64,000 nucleotides of DNA from Deltaproteobacteria bacterium (GTDB lineage: Bacteria; Myxococcota; JACRCW01), in NCBI GenBank assembly GCA_016218805.1, contig JACRCW010000085.1, positions 62,001 through 126,000 of the forward strand, written 5' to 3'. Numbering within the stretch: the stretch's first letter is position 1; each line of letters opens with the position of its first letter. The position numbers and the translations under genes are program-made. Below the pieces are notes generated by a model. That model worked only from the letters and a program-made list of their open reading frames with translations. It ran no database searches and was not told where the DNA came from. This document shows, piece by piece, positions 1 through 9,050 of this stretch.

Positions 1-314
1 AACCGGTGGCGGTCCGCACCTCCGGCGGAGGGCGCATGGTGGATTTTCGCTACCGCGTGGTGGACGCGCAGAAAGCCCGTCAGTTGTTTGACCGCAAGCT
101 GAAACCGGTCCTGCGGGACCACCGGAGCCGCGCGCAGCTGGCCATGCCGGAGGACACCAAGCTTGGCGGCCTGCGTTCCAGCCCGCGCGCACAGCCGGAG
201 AACGGCAAGGTCTATTACGTGCTGTTCGCCAACCCCAACAAGACCATTGCCCGGGGCGCCAAGGTTGACGTCGTCATGGGTGACTGCGTGCTGGCCAACC
301 TGGTGGTGCAATAG
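1..314 (+). CDS. Conserved hypothetical protein, 5'-truncated by the window edge; type recalled from SCO/cytochrome c/multicopper-oxidase clusters
   Basis: Open frame from the window start; motifs DFRYRVVD..KA..LFD and YYVLFANP..I..G.KV.VV.GD; stop 10 bp before the next ATG. Confidence 0.65.
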   Translation, partial: PVAVRTSGGGRMVDFRYRVVDAQKARQLFDRKLKPVLRDHRSRAQLAMPEDTKLGGLRSSPRAQPENGKVYYVLFANPNKTIARGAKVDVVMGDCVLANLVVQ

Positions 315-324
315 CGGGGAAATC

Positions 325-1641
325 ATGCACCACCTCCGCCGCGGTCCAGGTCTGGCCGCCCTCGCCCTTCTTGGCTGCGGGATGCCGGACCCCGCCCGGG
401 AAGCCGCGGAAATGCGGGTGGTCATCCGGATGGCGGACCAGGCCGTGCCACCGGGACCGGAGCCCGGTCACGCGGCGGCCGCCCTCAGGAGCCAGGCGGA
501 GGTCACGCAGGCTGGATTGCGGGCCTTCCTGCGTGCGCACGGCGGCCGGCGGCTGACGCCCCTGCCCATCATCAACGGTGTGTCCGCGTTCATTCCGCAC
601 GGCCTGCTGCCCGCAGTGTCCCGGTTTCCGGGTGTTGACCGGGTGGTGGCGGACCCCGGCTGGCGGTTCCCCGCCGCCACCCCGGCGGGGACGGGATCGC
701 CGGGATGGAATCTGCAGTCGGTGCACGCGGACGCGCTGTGGGCGCGCGGCTTCCGCGGCCAGGGCGTGGTGGCGGCCAACATGGATACCGGCGTGGACGT
801 GCGCCACGTGGACGTGGCGGACCGCTGGCGCGGCGGTGACAACAGCTGGTTTGACCCGTTCACGGACAGCGTTGAGCCGTATGACCCCATTGGTCACGGC
901 ACACAGACCCTGGGCATCATGCTGGGCGGCAGCGGTTTCGGGGTCGCGCCGGGCGCGCAATGGATTGCGGCAAGGATCTATGATGATTCCGGGCATTCTT
1001 CATTGACGGTGGTTCACCAGGCGTTCTTCTGGCTGCTGGACCCGGACGGCGATCCCGCGACGCCGGACGCTCCGCGGGTGGTCAACGCTTCGTGGGCCAT
1101 TGGTGATTCCGTAGGTTGCGACCTGGAGTTCATGCCGGACGTCCAGCGGCTCACCTCCGCGGGGATCCTGGTGGTGTTTCCCGCGGGCAATGCGGGGCCA
1201 CGGGAAGGCTCGGGGGGGAGCCCGGCTGACAATCCCGGCTCTTTCGCCGTCGCGGCCGTGGATCGCGACGGACGCGTGGCGTCGTTCAGCAGTCGCGGCC
1301 CGTCGGCCTGCCATGACGGCGTCTTTCCGCATGTAGCCGCTCCGGGCATGGACATTGTCACGCTGGATGTCTCGCTTCCCGGGATTCCGCAGTACGCGGT
1401 GGTTGCCGGGAGTTCATTTGCGGCGCCGCATGTGGCGGGCGCCGCCGCGCTGTTGCTGTCCGCGTTTCCCTCCCTTTCTCCCGCCCAGCTCCGCTGGGCC
1501 CTGACTGCGGGCGCGCGGGATGGGGACGCCCCCGGGCCTGACGCGCGTGTCGGGCACGGGATTCTTGACGTTGCCGCTTCCCACGTTGCGCTGCAGCGCG
1601 CTGTGGCTCGCGGCTACTTGCTGCACCCACCCACCGACTGA
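325..1641 (+). CDS. S8 subtilisin-like serine protease, lipoprotein (bacillopeptidase F-like)
   Basis: Lipobox LALLGC; catalytic motifs MDTG, GHGT, PAGNAG, GSSFAAPHV; ATG at 325 after GGGGA. Confidence 0.9.
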   Translation: MHHLRRGPGLAALALLGCGMPDPAREAAEMRVVIRMADQAVPPGPEPGHAAAALRSQAEVTQAGLRAFLRAHGGRRLTPLPIINGVSAFIPHGLLPAVSRFPGVDRVVADPGWRFPAATPAGTGSPGWNLQSVHADALWARGFRGQGVVAANMDTGVDVRHVDVADRWRGGDNSWFDPFTDSVEPYDPIGHGTQTLGIMLGGSGFGVAPGAQWIAARIYDDSGHSSLTVVHQAFFWLLDPDGDPATPDAPRVVNASWAIGDSVGCDLEFMPDVQRLTSAGILVVFPAGNAGPREGSGGSPADNPGSFAVAAVDRDGRVASFSSRGPSACHDGVFPHVAAPGMDIVTLDVSLPGIPQYAVVAGSSFAAPHVAGAAALLLSAFPSLSPAQLRWALTAGARDGDAPGPDARVGHGILDVAASHVALQRAVARGYLLHPPTD

Positions 1642-1652
1642 CCGGAGGCACC

Positions 1653-2273
1653 ATGCACCCCGTCCGCTTCTCCACGTTTGCCGTTGTGCTTGCCCTGCTT
1701 GCGTTGCCGGCGTCCGCAGCGGAGGGTGCCCCGCCGTCGGAGCACTGCCCGCACCACGCGGCACCTGCGGCCGCCACGCCCTACGCCCGCTCCCTTCACA
1801 GCTACAGGCCGCCGGACGTGACCCTGGTGGACCAGGACGGCCGCCGCGTGCCGCTTTCGGCCGCGCTGCGCACGGACGTTCCGGTGGCGGTGAACTTCAT
1901 CTTCACCACGTGCACCACGGTGTGCCCGGTGATGAGCGCCACGTTCGCCGGCGTGCGGCGCCGGCTGGGCGCGGACGGCGAACGGCTGCAAATGGTCTCT
2001 ATTTCCATTGACCCGGAGCGGGATCGTCCCGCGGCGCTGAAGTCCTACGCGGCGCGCTTCGGCGCACAACCTGCCTGGCGTTTCTACACGGGCACCACGG
2101 AGGATGTGCGCTCCGTCCTGGCGGCGTTCAACGTGCTTGCCGGGGATAAGTCCAACCACCGCCCGGTCACGTTGCTGCGGCCGGCGGGTGGTCAGGCGTG
2201 GATTCGGATTGACGGTCTTTCCAGTTCGGAGGCGCTGGCGGCCGAGGTTCGCGGCCTGCTGGCGTCACGGTGA
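1653..2273 (+). CDS. SCO1/SenC-family copper chaperone
   Basis: Signal peptide; FIFTTCTTVCP (CxxxC); ISIDPERD; distal His (NH); GGAGG RBS. Confidence 0.9.
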   Translation: MHPVRFSTFAVVLALLALPASAAEGAPPSEHCPHHAAPAAATPYARSLHSYRPPDVTLVDQDGRRVPLSAALRTDVPVAVNFIFTTCTTVCPVMSATFAGVRRRLGADGERLQMVSISIDPERDRPAALKSYAARFGAQPAWRFYTGTTEDVRSVLAAFNVLAGDKSNHRPVTLLRPAGGQAWIRIDGLSSSEALAAEVRGLLASR

Positions 2274-2277
2274 CGAC

Positions 2278-3852
2278 ATGCGGCACACCGCTGCGCTGCT
2301 GGCTTCCGTATTGGCGTGCGCGCTGGGGGCAACGGCCGCCCGCGGCACCTCCCGCGACCTCTCCGCGCGCGCGGCGGATGGGGAGCGGCTGTACCTGGAG
2401 GGCCGCCTGGCGGATGGGCGGCCCGTGGAGGCCGTGGTCTTGGGTGATGTACCCGTCACCGGGACGCAGCTGAGTTGCGTGACTTGCCACGGGCGCAGCG
2501 GCATGGGTTCCGTGGAAGGCGTCCGGCTCGCGCCGCCGCTGCGGGCGCCGTATCTGGAGTCACCCCGCCGTCTGAAGTCCCGGCCCCGGCCGCCCTACAC
2601 GGACGCCGCACTGGTCCGCGCCATCCGTGACGGTGTGGATGCTGCGGGAAACCGGTTGGATCCCCTGATGCCGCGCTATCGGCTCGGGCCCGCGGAGCTG
2701 CGGGCCCTGGTCGCATACATCAGGTCGCTCGGCGGGGATTTCTCTCCCGGCGCGGACCTGGACCAGATGCACCTGGCCACCATCCTGACGCCCGACGCCG
2801 ACCCGGCGGAAAGAGCGGCCATGCTGGACGTCCTGGACGCATTCATTCAGGCCAGGAACCGGGCCGCTGCGGCCGCGCGGGTCCGTCATCCGCCGGACTG
2901 GCCGGAGTATTACGGGGAATGGGTTCTGCACGTCTGGGAACTCCAGGGACCCGCCGCCGCGTGGCAGGAACAACTGGACGCGCACTTCCGTTCCCAGCCG
3001 GTGTTCGCGGTGGTCAGCGGACTCGGGCGTGACGAGTGGCACCCCATCCACCGGTTCTGCGAAGCGCACCGGGTGCCCTGCCTGCTGCCCAACCTCCGAA
3101 CGCCGCCTGACGCCGGTGCGGACTACTATTCGCTCTATTTCTCGGGCGGCACCGTGCTGGAGGCGCATGCCATTGCTGCCCGGCTGCGAGATGCCACCGC
3201 ACCGCAGCGGGTGTTGCAGATCTTCCAGGATGACACCGGGGCACGCGCGGCACGTGCGCTGGCGGACGCGGTGAGTGCCGGGGGACGGGATGAAACACGC
3301 GATATCGAACTCGCCGATTTGCACGCGTACTCAATCGCGACGCTGGCGCGCGAGCATGACGCGAGCGCTGTGGTGCTCTGGCTGGACCCTGATGGGCTGG
3401 CCCTGTTGCACGACGCGCCGGTCGCAGGTGAATTCGCGGTATTTCTCTCGTCGACCATGCTCGAAGGAGAGGTTCCCGCCTGGCTTGCCGGGGAGTCCGC
3501 TGCCGCCACGCTGGCGCACCCGTACGCGCTCCCCGCGGAGACCCGGTCACGTTTTCCGCGGGTATCCGCGTGGCTGGCCACCCGCCGGGTTCCGCCTGCG
3601 GCGGCAGCCCAGCGGCGCATCGTGGACCAGACGTTCTTTGCCGTCACCATGCTGGGCGAGGGCGTCATGCACCTGAACAAGAACTTCTACCGTGACTACC
3701 TCCTCGAGGTCCTGGACCATTCCTCGGGATTCGAAACTTGGTCCGCCTCCTATTCGCGGCTGAGTTTTGGCCCCGGACAGCGGTACCTGGCCAAGGGTTG
3801 TCACCTGCTGCCGTCCCACGGTGTGGGGCCGCCCGCGTGGGTTGTGCCCTGA
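2278..3852 (+). CDS. Monoheme cytochrome c fused to a periplasmic-binding-protein-like domain
   Basis: Signal peptide; CVTCH heme motif; likely distal Met in LMPRY; C-terminal PVFAVVSG...PCLLP and RLSFGPGQRYLAKG segments. Confidence 0.75.
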   Translation: MRHTAALLASVLACALGATAARGTSRDLSARAADGERLYLEGRLADGRPVEAVVLGDVPVTGTQLSCVTCHGRSGMGSVEGVRLAPPLRAPYLESPRRLKSRPRPPYTDAALVRAIRDGVDAAGNRLDPLMPRYRLGPAELRALVAYIRSLGGDFSPGADLDQMHLATILTPDADPAERAAMLDVLDAFIQARNRAAAAARVRHPPDWPEYYGEWVLHVWELQGPAAAWQEQLDAHFRSQPVFAVVSGLGRDEWHPIHRFCEAHRVPCLLPNLRTPPDAGADYYSLYFSGGTVLEAHAIAARLRDATAPQRVLQIFQDDTGARAARALADAVSAGGRDETRDIELADLHAYSIATLAREHDASAVVLWLDPDGLALLHDAPVAGEFAVFLSSTMLEGEVPAWLAGESAAATLAHPYALPAETRSRFPRVSAWLATRRVPPAAAAQRRIVDQTFFAVTMLGEGVMHLNKNFYRDYLLEVLDHSSGFETWSASYSRLSFGPGQRYLAKGCHLLPSHGVGPPAWVVP

Positions 3853-3997
3853 CCGTGCCAACTGACGCAGCGCGACGAGTGGGCAAGTGTCCGATGCGGT
3901 GGCCGTTGCCGGTGGCGCACTCTGGGTGCACCCTCCACCCATGCGCGACGACGAAACGGCGATTTTTCGGTTGTTCACGCTGGGCGGAAACGGACGA

Positions 3998-5620
3998 GTG
4001 GCCGCCCTGCCCTCGCTGCTGGCGGTCTTGCTGCATGCCCCGCATGCCGGCGCTGCGGAATACGTGAATGATCCGCTGACCACGCCCCCTGCCGGGACCC
4101 GCGGCGGCACGTTCTCCGCCGGCGGTTGGACCACCACCGCGGTGGATGACACGCTTTGGTGGACCATTCCTGACGCGCTGGTGAGTGGCTCGGTGGAGTT
4201 CACCATCGCCGGTGCGTCCCTGGCCACCACGCTCACCGGCGAAGACCACGATCTGGTCACGCTGTACCAGGCACCGGACGGCGTCACGGAACCCATCACC
4301 TATTCGCCCTATTTCCGGAACAATGACATGCGCGTGTTCCTGCGCGTGTTTGGCTCCGCCGGCGGAACCGTGCAGGGCGCCACCAAGGTGGAGGGCACGC
4401 AGTGCATGGTGGGGCCGCCGTATTATGACAACGTGTGCCCGGCCGGTTGCGTCGCTTACGACGGTATTGCCTACGCGCACGGAAACCAGAATGACCTGGG
4501 ATGGGACGCCGCGCAGGATTACCGGTTTGTGATTGCCTGGTCTGGAACCGGCATGACGTGGTCCCGCAACGGCGAACTGATGGGCACGCTGGACTTTCCC
4601 AGCGTGTTCGCACCGCAGCCGCTCGTTGTGCACATGGGCTCCCCGCGCAACGGCTCCTCCACCGGTCAGATGCCCATTGGGATTACTTACAAGGACCTGC
4701 TCATCACCGGCACCGCCGGAAGCCAAACGCCGGTGTGCAACTTGCCGCCGCCGCCACCTGACGCGGGTCCACCCGTGGTGGACCCCTGCACGGACGGTTC
4801 CGTCGGCGCCATTGGCGACGTCACCGCCGCCGAGTTCACCAGCGGCGTTTTCAGCGACCCCAGCGATCTCAACGTGGAGGGTGACGGCGCGGGGAATGCC
4901 ATCATGGTGGTGTACGTGATGTTCCCGCCGCAGCCGGCGTCGGTGTCGCGCGCATTGTTCCGGGTCCACACACACCTGGCGGCGTCATCCCAGGGCGGCT
5001 CCGGGCAGGTGTGCCTGGCGGCGTCCAGCGCGTGGGATGAAAACGCACTGACCTGGGCCAACCGTCCTGCGGTCACCACCACGTGCACCGGCAACGCGCG
5101 CACCGTCCAACCGGACTCTGAGGTGGAGTGGGACGTGACGTCGCTCATGGGCGGGAGTGGAAACCTCTCGTTCGCCATCGTGTCGGTGGACAGCGATGGC
5201 GCGCATTACTTCTCGCGCGAAGCCGGAGGATGCGCGCGCGGCCCGCGGTTGCTGGTGACCCCCGGTGCGCCGCCGGATGCGGGCACGCCCGTGGATGCTG
5301 CCGTTCCGGCGGACGCCGCGGTTCCCGTTGACGCCGCCCATCCGGTGGACGCCGCGCAGCCCATTGACGCCGCCGTTCGTGCCGACGCGGGACGACCGCT
5401 GGCGGACGCGGGCGCGAGCCCCCACGACGCGGGCGCGGGCGGTGTGGCGGACGTCCAGTGCAGTTGTGACGTGTCGGGCGAAGGGACCCCGGCCGGACTG
5501 GCGCTGGTGGTGCTGCTGGCGTTGCACCTGCGCCGCCGGCTGCTCCGCACCGCCAGGGATGACGCCGCTACGCGTGGCTGCGGGCGCGTTCCAGCAGGAC
5601 CCGCTCCACGCGACCGGTGA
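3998..5620 (+). CDS. Secreted surface protein with a DNRLRE/CBM96-like domain and a MYXO-CTERM-like tail
   Basis: Signal-like N-terminus from GTG 3998; WDENALTWANRP...WDVT...SRE...PRL motif; PVDAA repeats; C-terminal CSC..hydrophobic..RRR. Confidence 0.7.
   Translation: MAALPSLLAVLLHAPHAGAAEYVNDPLTTPPAGTRGGTFSAGGWTTTAVDDTLWWTIPDALVSGSVEFTIAGASLATTLTGEDHDLVTLYQAPDGVTEPITYSPYFRNNDMRVFLRVFGSAGGTVQGATKVEGTQCMVGPPYYDNVCPAGCVAYDGIAYAHGNQNDLGWDAAQDYRFVIAWSGTGMTWSRNGELMGTLDFPSVFAPQPLVVHMGSPRNGSSTGQMPIGITYKDLLITGTAGSQTPVCNLPPPPPDAGPPVVDPCTDGSVGAIGDVTAAEFTSGVFSDPSDLNVEGDGAGNAIMVVYVMFPPQPASVSRALFRVHTHLAASSQGGSGQVCLAASSAWDENALTWANRPAVTTTCTGNARTVQPDSEVEWDVTSLMGGSGNLSFAIVSVDSDGAHYFSREAGGCARGPRLLVTPGAPPDAGTPVDAAVPADAAVPVDAAHPVDAAQPIDAAVRADAGRPLADAGASPHDAGAGGVADVQCSCDVSGEGTPAGLALVVLLALHLRRRLLRTARDDAATRGCGRVPAGPAPRDR
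5275..5410 (+). repeat. Coding 18-bp degenerate repeats (PxDAA/PDAG linker)
   Basis: PVDAAV-PADAAV-PVDAAH-PVDAAQ-PIDAAV in the translation. Confidence 0.7.
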
Positions 5621-8414
5621 CGGCGCCGACTGCGCCGATGGGGCACAGGGCTTCGCAGAACGGGCGCCGCACCCGGAACGACGCCAGCAGCAACACCGCG
5701 GCCACCAGCAGCACGCCCAGCGACGGCGCGTAAGTATTGCGAAAGAATGCGGCGTACATCCCGGAGGCGGGTTGTCCCGCCACGTGCCCCTGCGGCGCCA
5801 GCAGATACGCCAACGCCACCAAGCCCAGCGCCGTCCACCGGACCCATGCCAGCCACGGCAGGCGGCGCGCGCGGGCACCCGTGGCGTCCTCGCAGGATGC
5901 CTGCAGCGTCCCCAGCGGGCAGGCGCGCTCGCAGAAGCGGTGGTCATGCAGGTTGGCAAGCAGCGCCACCGGGACCAGGTACGGGCGCAGCACGCCAAAC
6001 ACGCACGGACGCGGGCACGTGTGGCAGAAGATGAACGGGACGTGGAAGTAGCAGCGCCCAACGGGGAACGCGGCCATGGGCAGCAGCCCGGTGAAGAGGA
6101 TCAGGCGCGCGGGGGAAAGCCGCCAGCGCTCGCGCAGGAAGTCAGCAATGGGCTGCCATGCGCGGTTGGGTGTCAGTGGAAAGACCAGCACGGCAATGAG
6201 CAGCGCCGCCGCAGCCAACTGGTAGGCGCGCGTGAAGGTGAACGCGTACACGGGCAGATGTGATGCGTCGCCAGCAACCACGCCGATGAACGCGCCAAAC
6301 AGCAGCGGCAGGGCAAGCGCGGAGCGGCGCCGGGCGGGTTCATCCACAACGGGCGGAGCAAGCAGCAGCGCGGTGGTCACGGCTTTCACGCCCGCCACCA
6401 GCGCACACGTCCCGGCGATTCCCAGCAGCGGAACGACGACGGTGAACGTGGCCAGCGCCGCCACCGCCGCTCCCACCAGATCCGCTGCATACAGCCGGCC
6501 CGCGCCCTCCCGCGCCGCAGCCGCAAACTGCGCGCCGGGAAACGCCCCACACGCCGCCGCCAGCAGGAACGCGGCCGCGCGCGGGAGCGCCGCATTGGCC
6601 AGCGCCGCCGGGAGAATCCACGCCAGCGCCAGGGCAACCAGCGCCACACCCAGGTCCATGGCGATCACAAACGCGCGCGCGTTCGGGCGCCGCCCGGCCG
6701 CCGCCCCACCCGCCGCTCCGAGCAGAAACCCCGCCACCAGCAGGGCAAGCTCCCGGTGCAACGCGCCCGACGCGGACTGGCAGGCCAGCAGCACCAACAA
6801 CTGCAACGCCATGCCCGCGCCGCCGCTGGTTGCCACGGCCACCATCGTCGCGTTGCGGCGCGGCCCCGCCACCAGCACCAGGCCAACCAGCAGCGCCAGG
6901 GCCAGCACGCCAAGTGCTTCCACCGGCAGCCCCCCCAGCTCCGCCACGGTCCGCTCCAGCGCCAGGCGGTACGCGGTGGGGAATGCGTCGCGATTGACCG
7001 GCTCGGCGAGCGCGGACCAACGCGCCGCATCCGCCAGCCGACGGGCGGACAGCGCATCCTCCAGCTGCGCGCGTCCCAGGTGCAGCGGAACCACCCCGCG
7101 CGCGGCGAACGCGTCCGTGATCGCCGCCACCAGGTCCACGGCGGCGGGGAGCGGCGCCTCCGCCGCCACGTACAGCGTCCGGGACAACGGCAACACCCGC
7201 ACCGCTGGGAACACCGCGTCCAGCGTGCGCGCCACGGAAGAGTGCAGCCGGCGCTGTTCACGCGACGCAAACTCCGCGTGCCCCGGCAGCAACACCGCAG
7301 CCAGCCCGCCGGGAGCCAGCGCGCGCTTCACGACGTCAAACCACTCCTGCGTGAAGAACCGGTTGAGCCCCGCGTGCGCGGGCTCCTCCGTCAGCAGCAG
7401 CACCACGTCCCAGGACGCCGCGTGGCGGCGCAGGAACACGCGCGGGTCCTCGCCGTCCAGGACGCGCACCTCCACGCCCGGCGGGGCGTCCTGCAGGCCG
7501 CCCGCGCGCAGGATGCCCGCCACCACGGGGTCCTCCACCATGAACGCCACCGCCTCCGCCCCAAGGCCTTTGGCCAGCACCGCGGCCCCTGGCGGCGGCA
7601 CACCCACCACAAGCACCCGCCGCGGCGCGGGATGCAGCGCAAGCGGAACGCCCACGGTCTCTTCCACGGTCACCGCATCCGCGCCCGTAAGCACCGGCCG
7701 CCGGTCCACGTACACCGCCAGCTCACCGCCACCGCGGTCCACCACGACGCTGCCGTGCGCCGACGCGGCCTCCACCGGCGCAACCAGGTGCGGCCCCTGC
7801 TGGCGCAGCGGCCATGCACCCACGGGGAGCACCGCGCACGCCACCGCCGCCAGCAGCCCGGGCGTCACGCGCGCCAGGTCCCGCGCGCGGGAGTCCCCCT
7901 CCACCGCGCCCCACGCCGCCAGCAACGGGATCACTCCCAGCAGCGCCGCATCCGGGACCTGGCCCAGCAGCACCACGCCCAGCAGCGCGCCCGCCGCGGC
8001 CGAACCCAGTGATTCCACCGCGTACGCCGTCCCGCCCCCCGCGGGCACCGCCGCCCGCGCAAACGCGTACCCTGACGACGCGCACGGCAACATGAGCAGC
8101 ACCAGCGCATACGCGAAGGCCGCCCACGGACCGCCCGCCGCCCCGGCGGGAAAGAGCATGGGCAGCAGCCGCGCGCCCACCCACGCGAGCACCGCGGTGG
8201 GGCCCAGCAGCGCCAGCGCCGTCCCGGCGCGCCCGGCGCCCGCGCGGTGCGCCGCGGCAGCGCCCGCCGCCACCGTGAGCAGCCAGGCCGCCAGCAGCGT
8301 GGACAGCACGGCCTCGTTCCCCGCAAATGACGTCAGGAACGCGCGCGAGAACAGGACCTGGAACGCGGTGGTGCAGGCACCGAGCAGGAACAGCCGGAAG
8401 CGGGCCCCGGCCAC
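5568..8414 (-). CDS. Multi-pass membrane spermidine-synthase-like protein fused to a C-terminal Cys-rich 4Fe-4S-type membrane domain (NapH/NosR/YccM-like)
   Basis: TM block, then a class I SAM-fold core (RVLVVG; EDPRVFLR; WDVVLL; NRFFTQEWF..VKRALAPGG), then TM block (LYAADLVG), then CHTCPRPC, FCERACPLG, FCEALCPIG; GTG start 7 bp after the upstream stop. Confidence 0.75.
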   Translation of the reverse strand: MAGARFRLFLLGACTTAFQVLFSRAFLTSFAGNEAVLSTLLAAWLLTVAAGAAAAHRAGAGRAGTALALLGPTAVLAWVGARLLPMLFPAGAAGGPWAAFAYALVLLMLPCASSGYAFARAAVPAGGGTAYAVESLGSAAAGALLGVVLLGQVPDAALLGVIPLLAAWGAVEGDSRARDLARVTPGLLAAVACAVLPVGAWPLRQQGPHLVAPVEAASAHGSVVVDRGGGELAVYVDRRPVLTGADAVTVEETVGVPLALHPAPRRVLVVGVPPPGAAVLAKGLGAEAVAFMVEDPVVAGILRAGGLQDAPPGVEVRVLDGEDPRVFLRRHAASWDVVLLLTEEPAHAGLNRFFTQEWFDVVKRALAPGGLAAVLLPGHAEFASREQRRLHSSVARTLDAVFPAVRVLPLSRTLYVAAEAPLPAAVDLVAAITDAFAARGVVPLHLGRAQLEDALSARRLADAARWSALAEPVNRDAFPTAYRLALERTVAELGGLPVEALGVLALALLVGLVLVAGPRRNATMVAVATSGGAGMALQLLVLLACQSASGALHRELALLVAGFLLGAAGGAAAGRRPNARAFVIAMDLGVALVALALAWILPAALANAALPRAAAFLLAAACGAFPGAQFAAAAREGAGRLYAADLVGAAVAALATFTVVVPLLGIAGTCALVAGVKAVTTALLLAPPVVDEPARRRSALALPLLFGAFIGVVAGDASHLPVYAFTFTRAYQLAAAALLIAVLVFPLTPNRAWQPIADFLRERWRLSPARLILFTGLLPMAAFPVGRCYFHVPFIFCHTCPRPCVFGVLRPYLVPVALLANLHDHRFCERACPLGTLQASCEDATGARARRLPWLAWVRWTALGLVALAYLLAPQGHVAGQPASGMYAAFFRNTYAPSLGVLLVAAVLLLASFRVRRPFCEALCPIGAVGAVTGRVERVLLERARSHA

Positions 8415-8421
8415 GGAGGAC

Positions 8422-8820
8422 TCACTGGGCTTCGGCCAACCCTGTGTCCACGTCGTCATCCAGGCCGTGCGCCAGCACAAAGTGGTACAGCGGGTAGGTC
8501 TCCTGCGCCAGCGCGCCGCCTCCCGCCATCACCTCAAACACCACCTGCGCACCCTGCCGGTCCTCGGGGTCCGGGTTGGACTGCACGTAGAGCACCTCGC
8601 GCAGGTCCAGCATCAACTCGCCAATGAGCTGCTTGCCCATCATCAGCTGCACCAGCGGCCGCCGCTCGTCGTCCTCCACCAGCTGCCAGTGGAACATCTC
8701 GTGGTCGTTGAGCAGCGCCTCGGCGGAGCCCGCGCGGACGATGCAGTTGGCGTGCATCTTCATCCACTGCCAGAAGCGGTCAAACGCCACCACGCCGCCG
8801 GTGCTGATGCTGACTCCCAT
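8422..8820 (-). CDS. Conserved hypothetical cytoplasmic protein (132 aa)
   Basis: Protein-like composition (FDRFWQWMKMHANCIVRAG); ATG preceded by GAGGAG. Confidence 0.75.
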   Translation of the reverse strand: MGVSISTGGVVAFDRFWQWMKMHANCIVRAGSAEALLNDHEMFHWQLVEDDERRPLVQLMMGKQLIGELMLDLREVLYVQSNPDPEDRQGAQVVFEVMAGGGALAQETYPLYHFVLAHGLDDDVDTGLAEAQ

Positions 8821-9050
8821 ATGGCCTGCTCCTCGGAAGGACCCCTCGCGGGGGGTCGGGCACATAGCGTGATTTCTCGCGTGGGGGGAGGCCGCGCAAC
8901 CGCCCCGCAAACCGGGACCGATTCGCGTGTGATGACGGCGCGTTGCGTCGTGGTGCGGCGCGGGGGTACGCGCGGGAACCCTTGCCGTGGGCTGGCGCGG
9001 GGTAAGCTCGCGCGGCGTTGGGCACAGCTGGCAATGGCGTGGAGGTGAGG

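Noticed and set aside
5568..5620. 53-bp 3' overlap of convergent genes as a regulatory feature
   Set aside because: Common in high-GC genomes; it affects only the tail beyond the sorting signal
6232..9048. 938-aa plus-strand ORF, and similar long ORFs at 16623-19166, 19625-21508, 22218-23801, 35128-36609 and 50305-52038
   Set aside because: These are antisense shadows of well-supported genes in high-GC DNA, with low-complexity Ala/Arg/Ser-rich translations and no motifs
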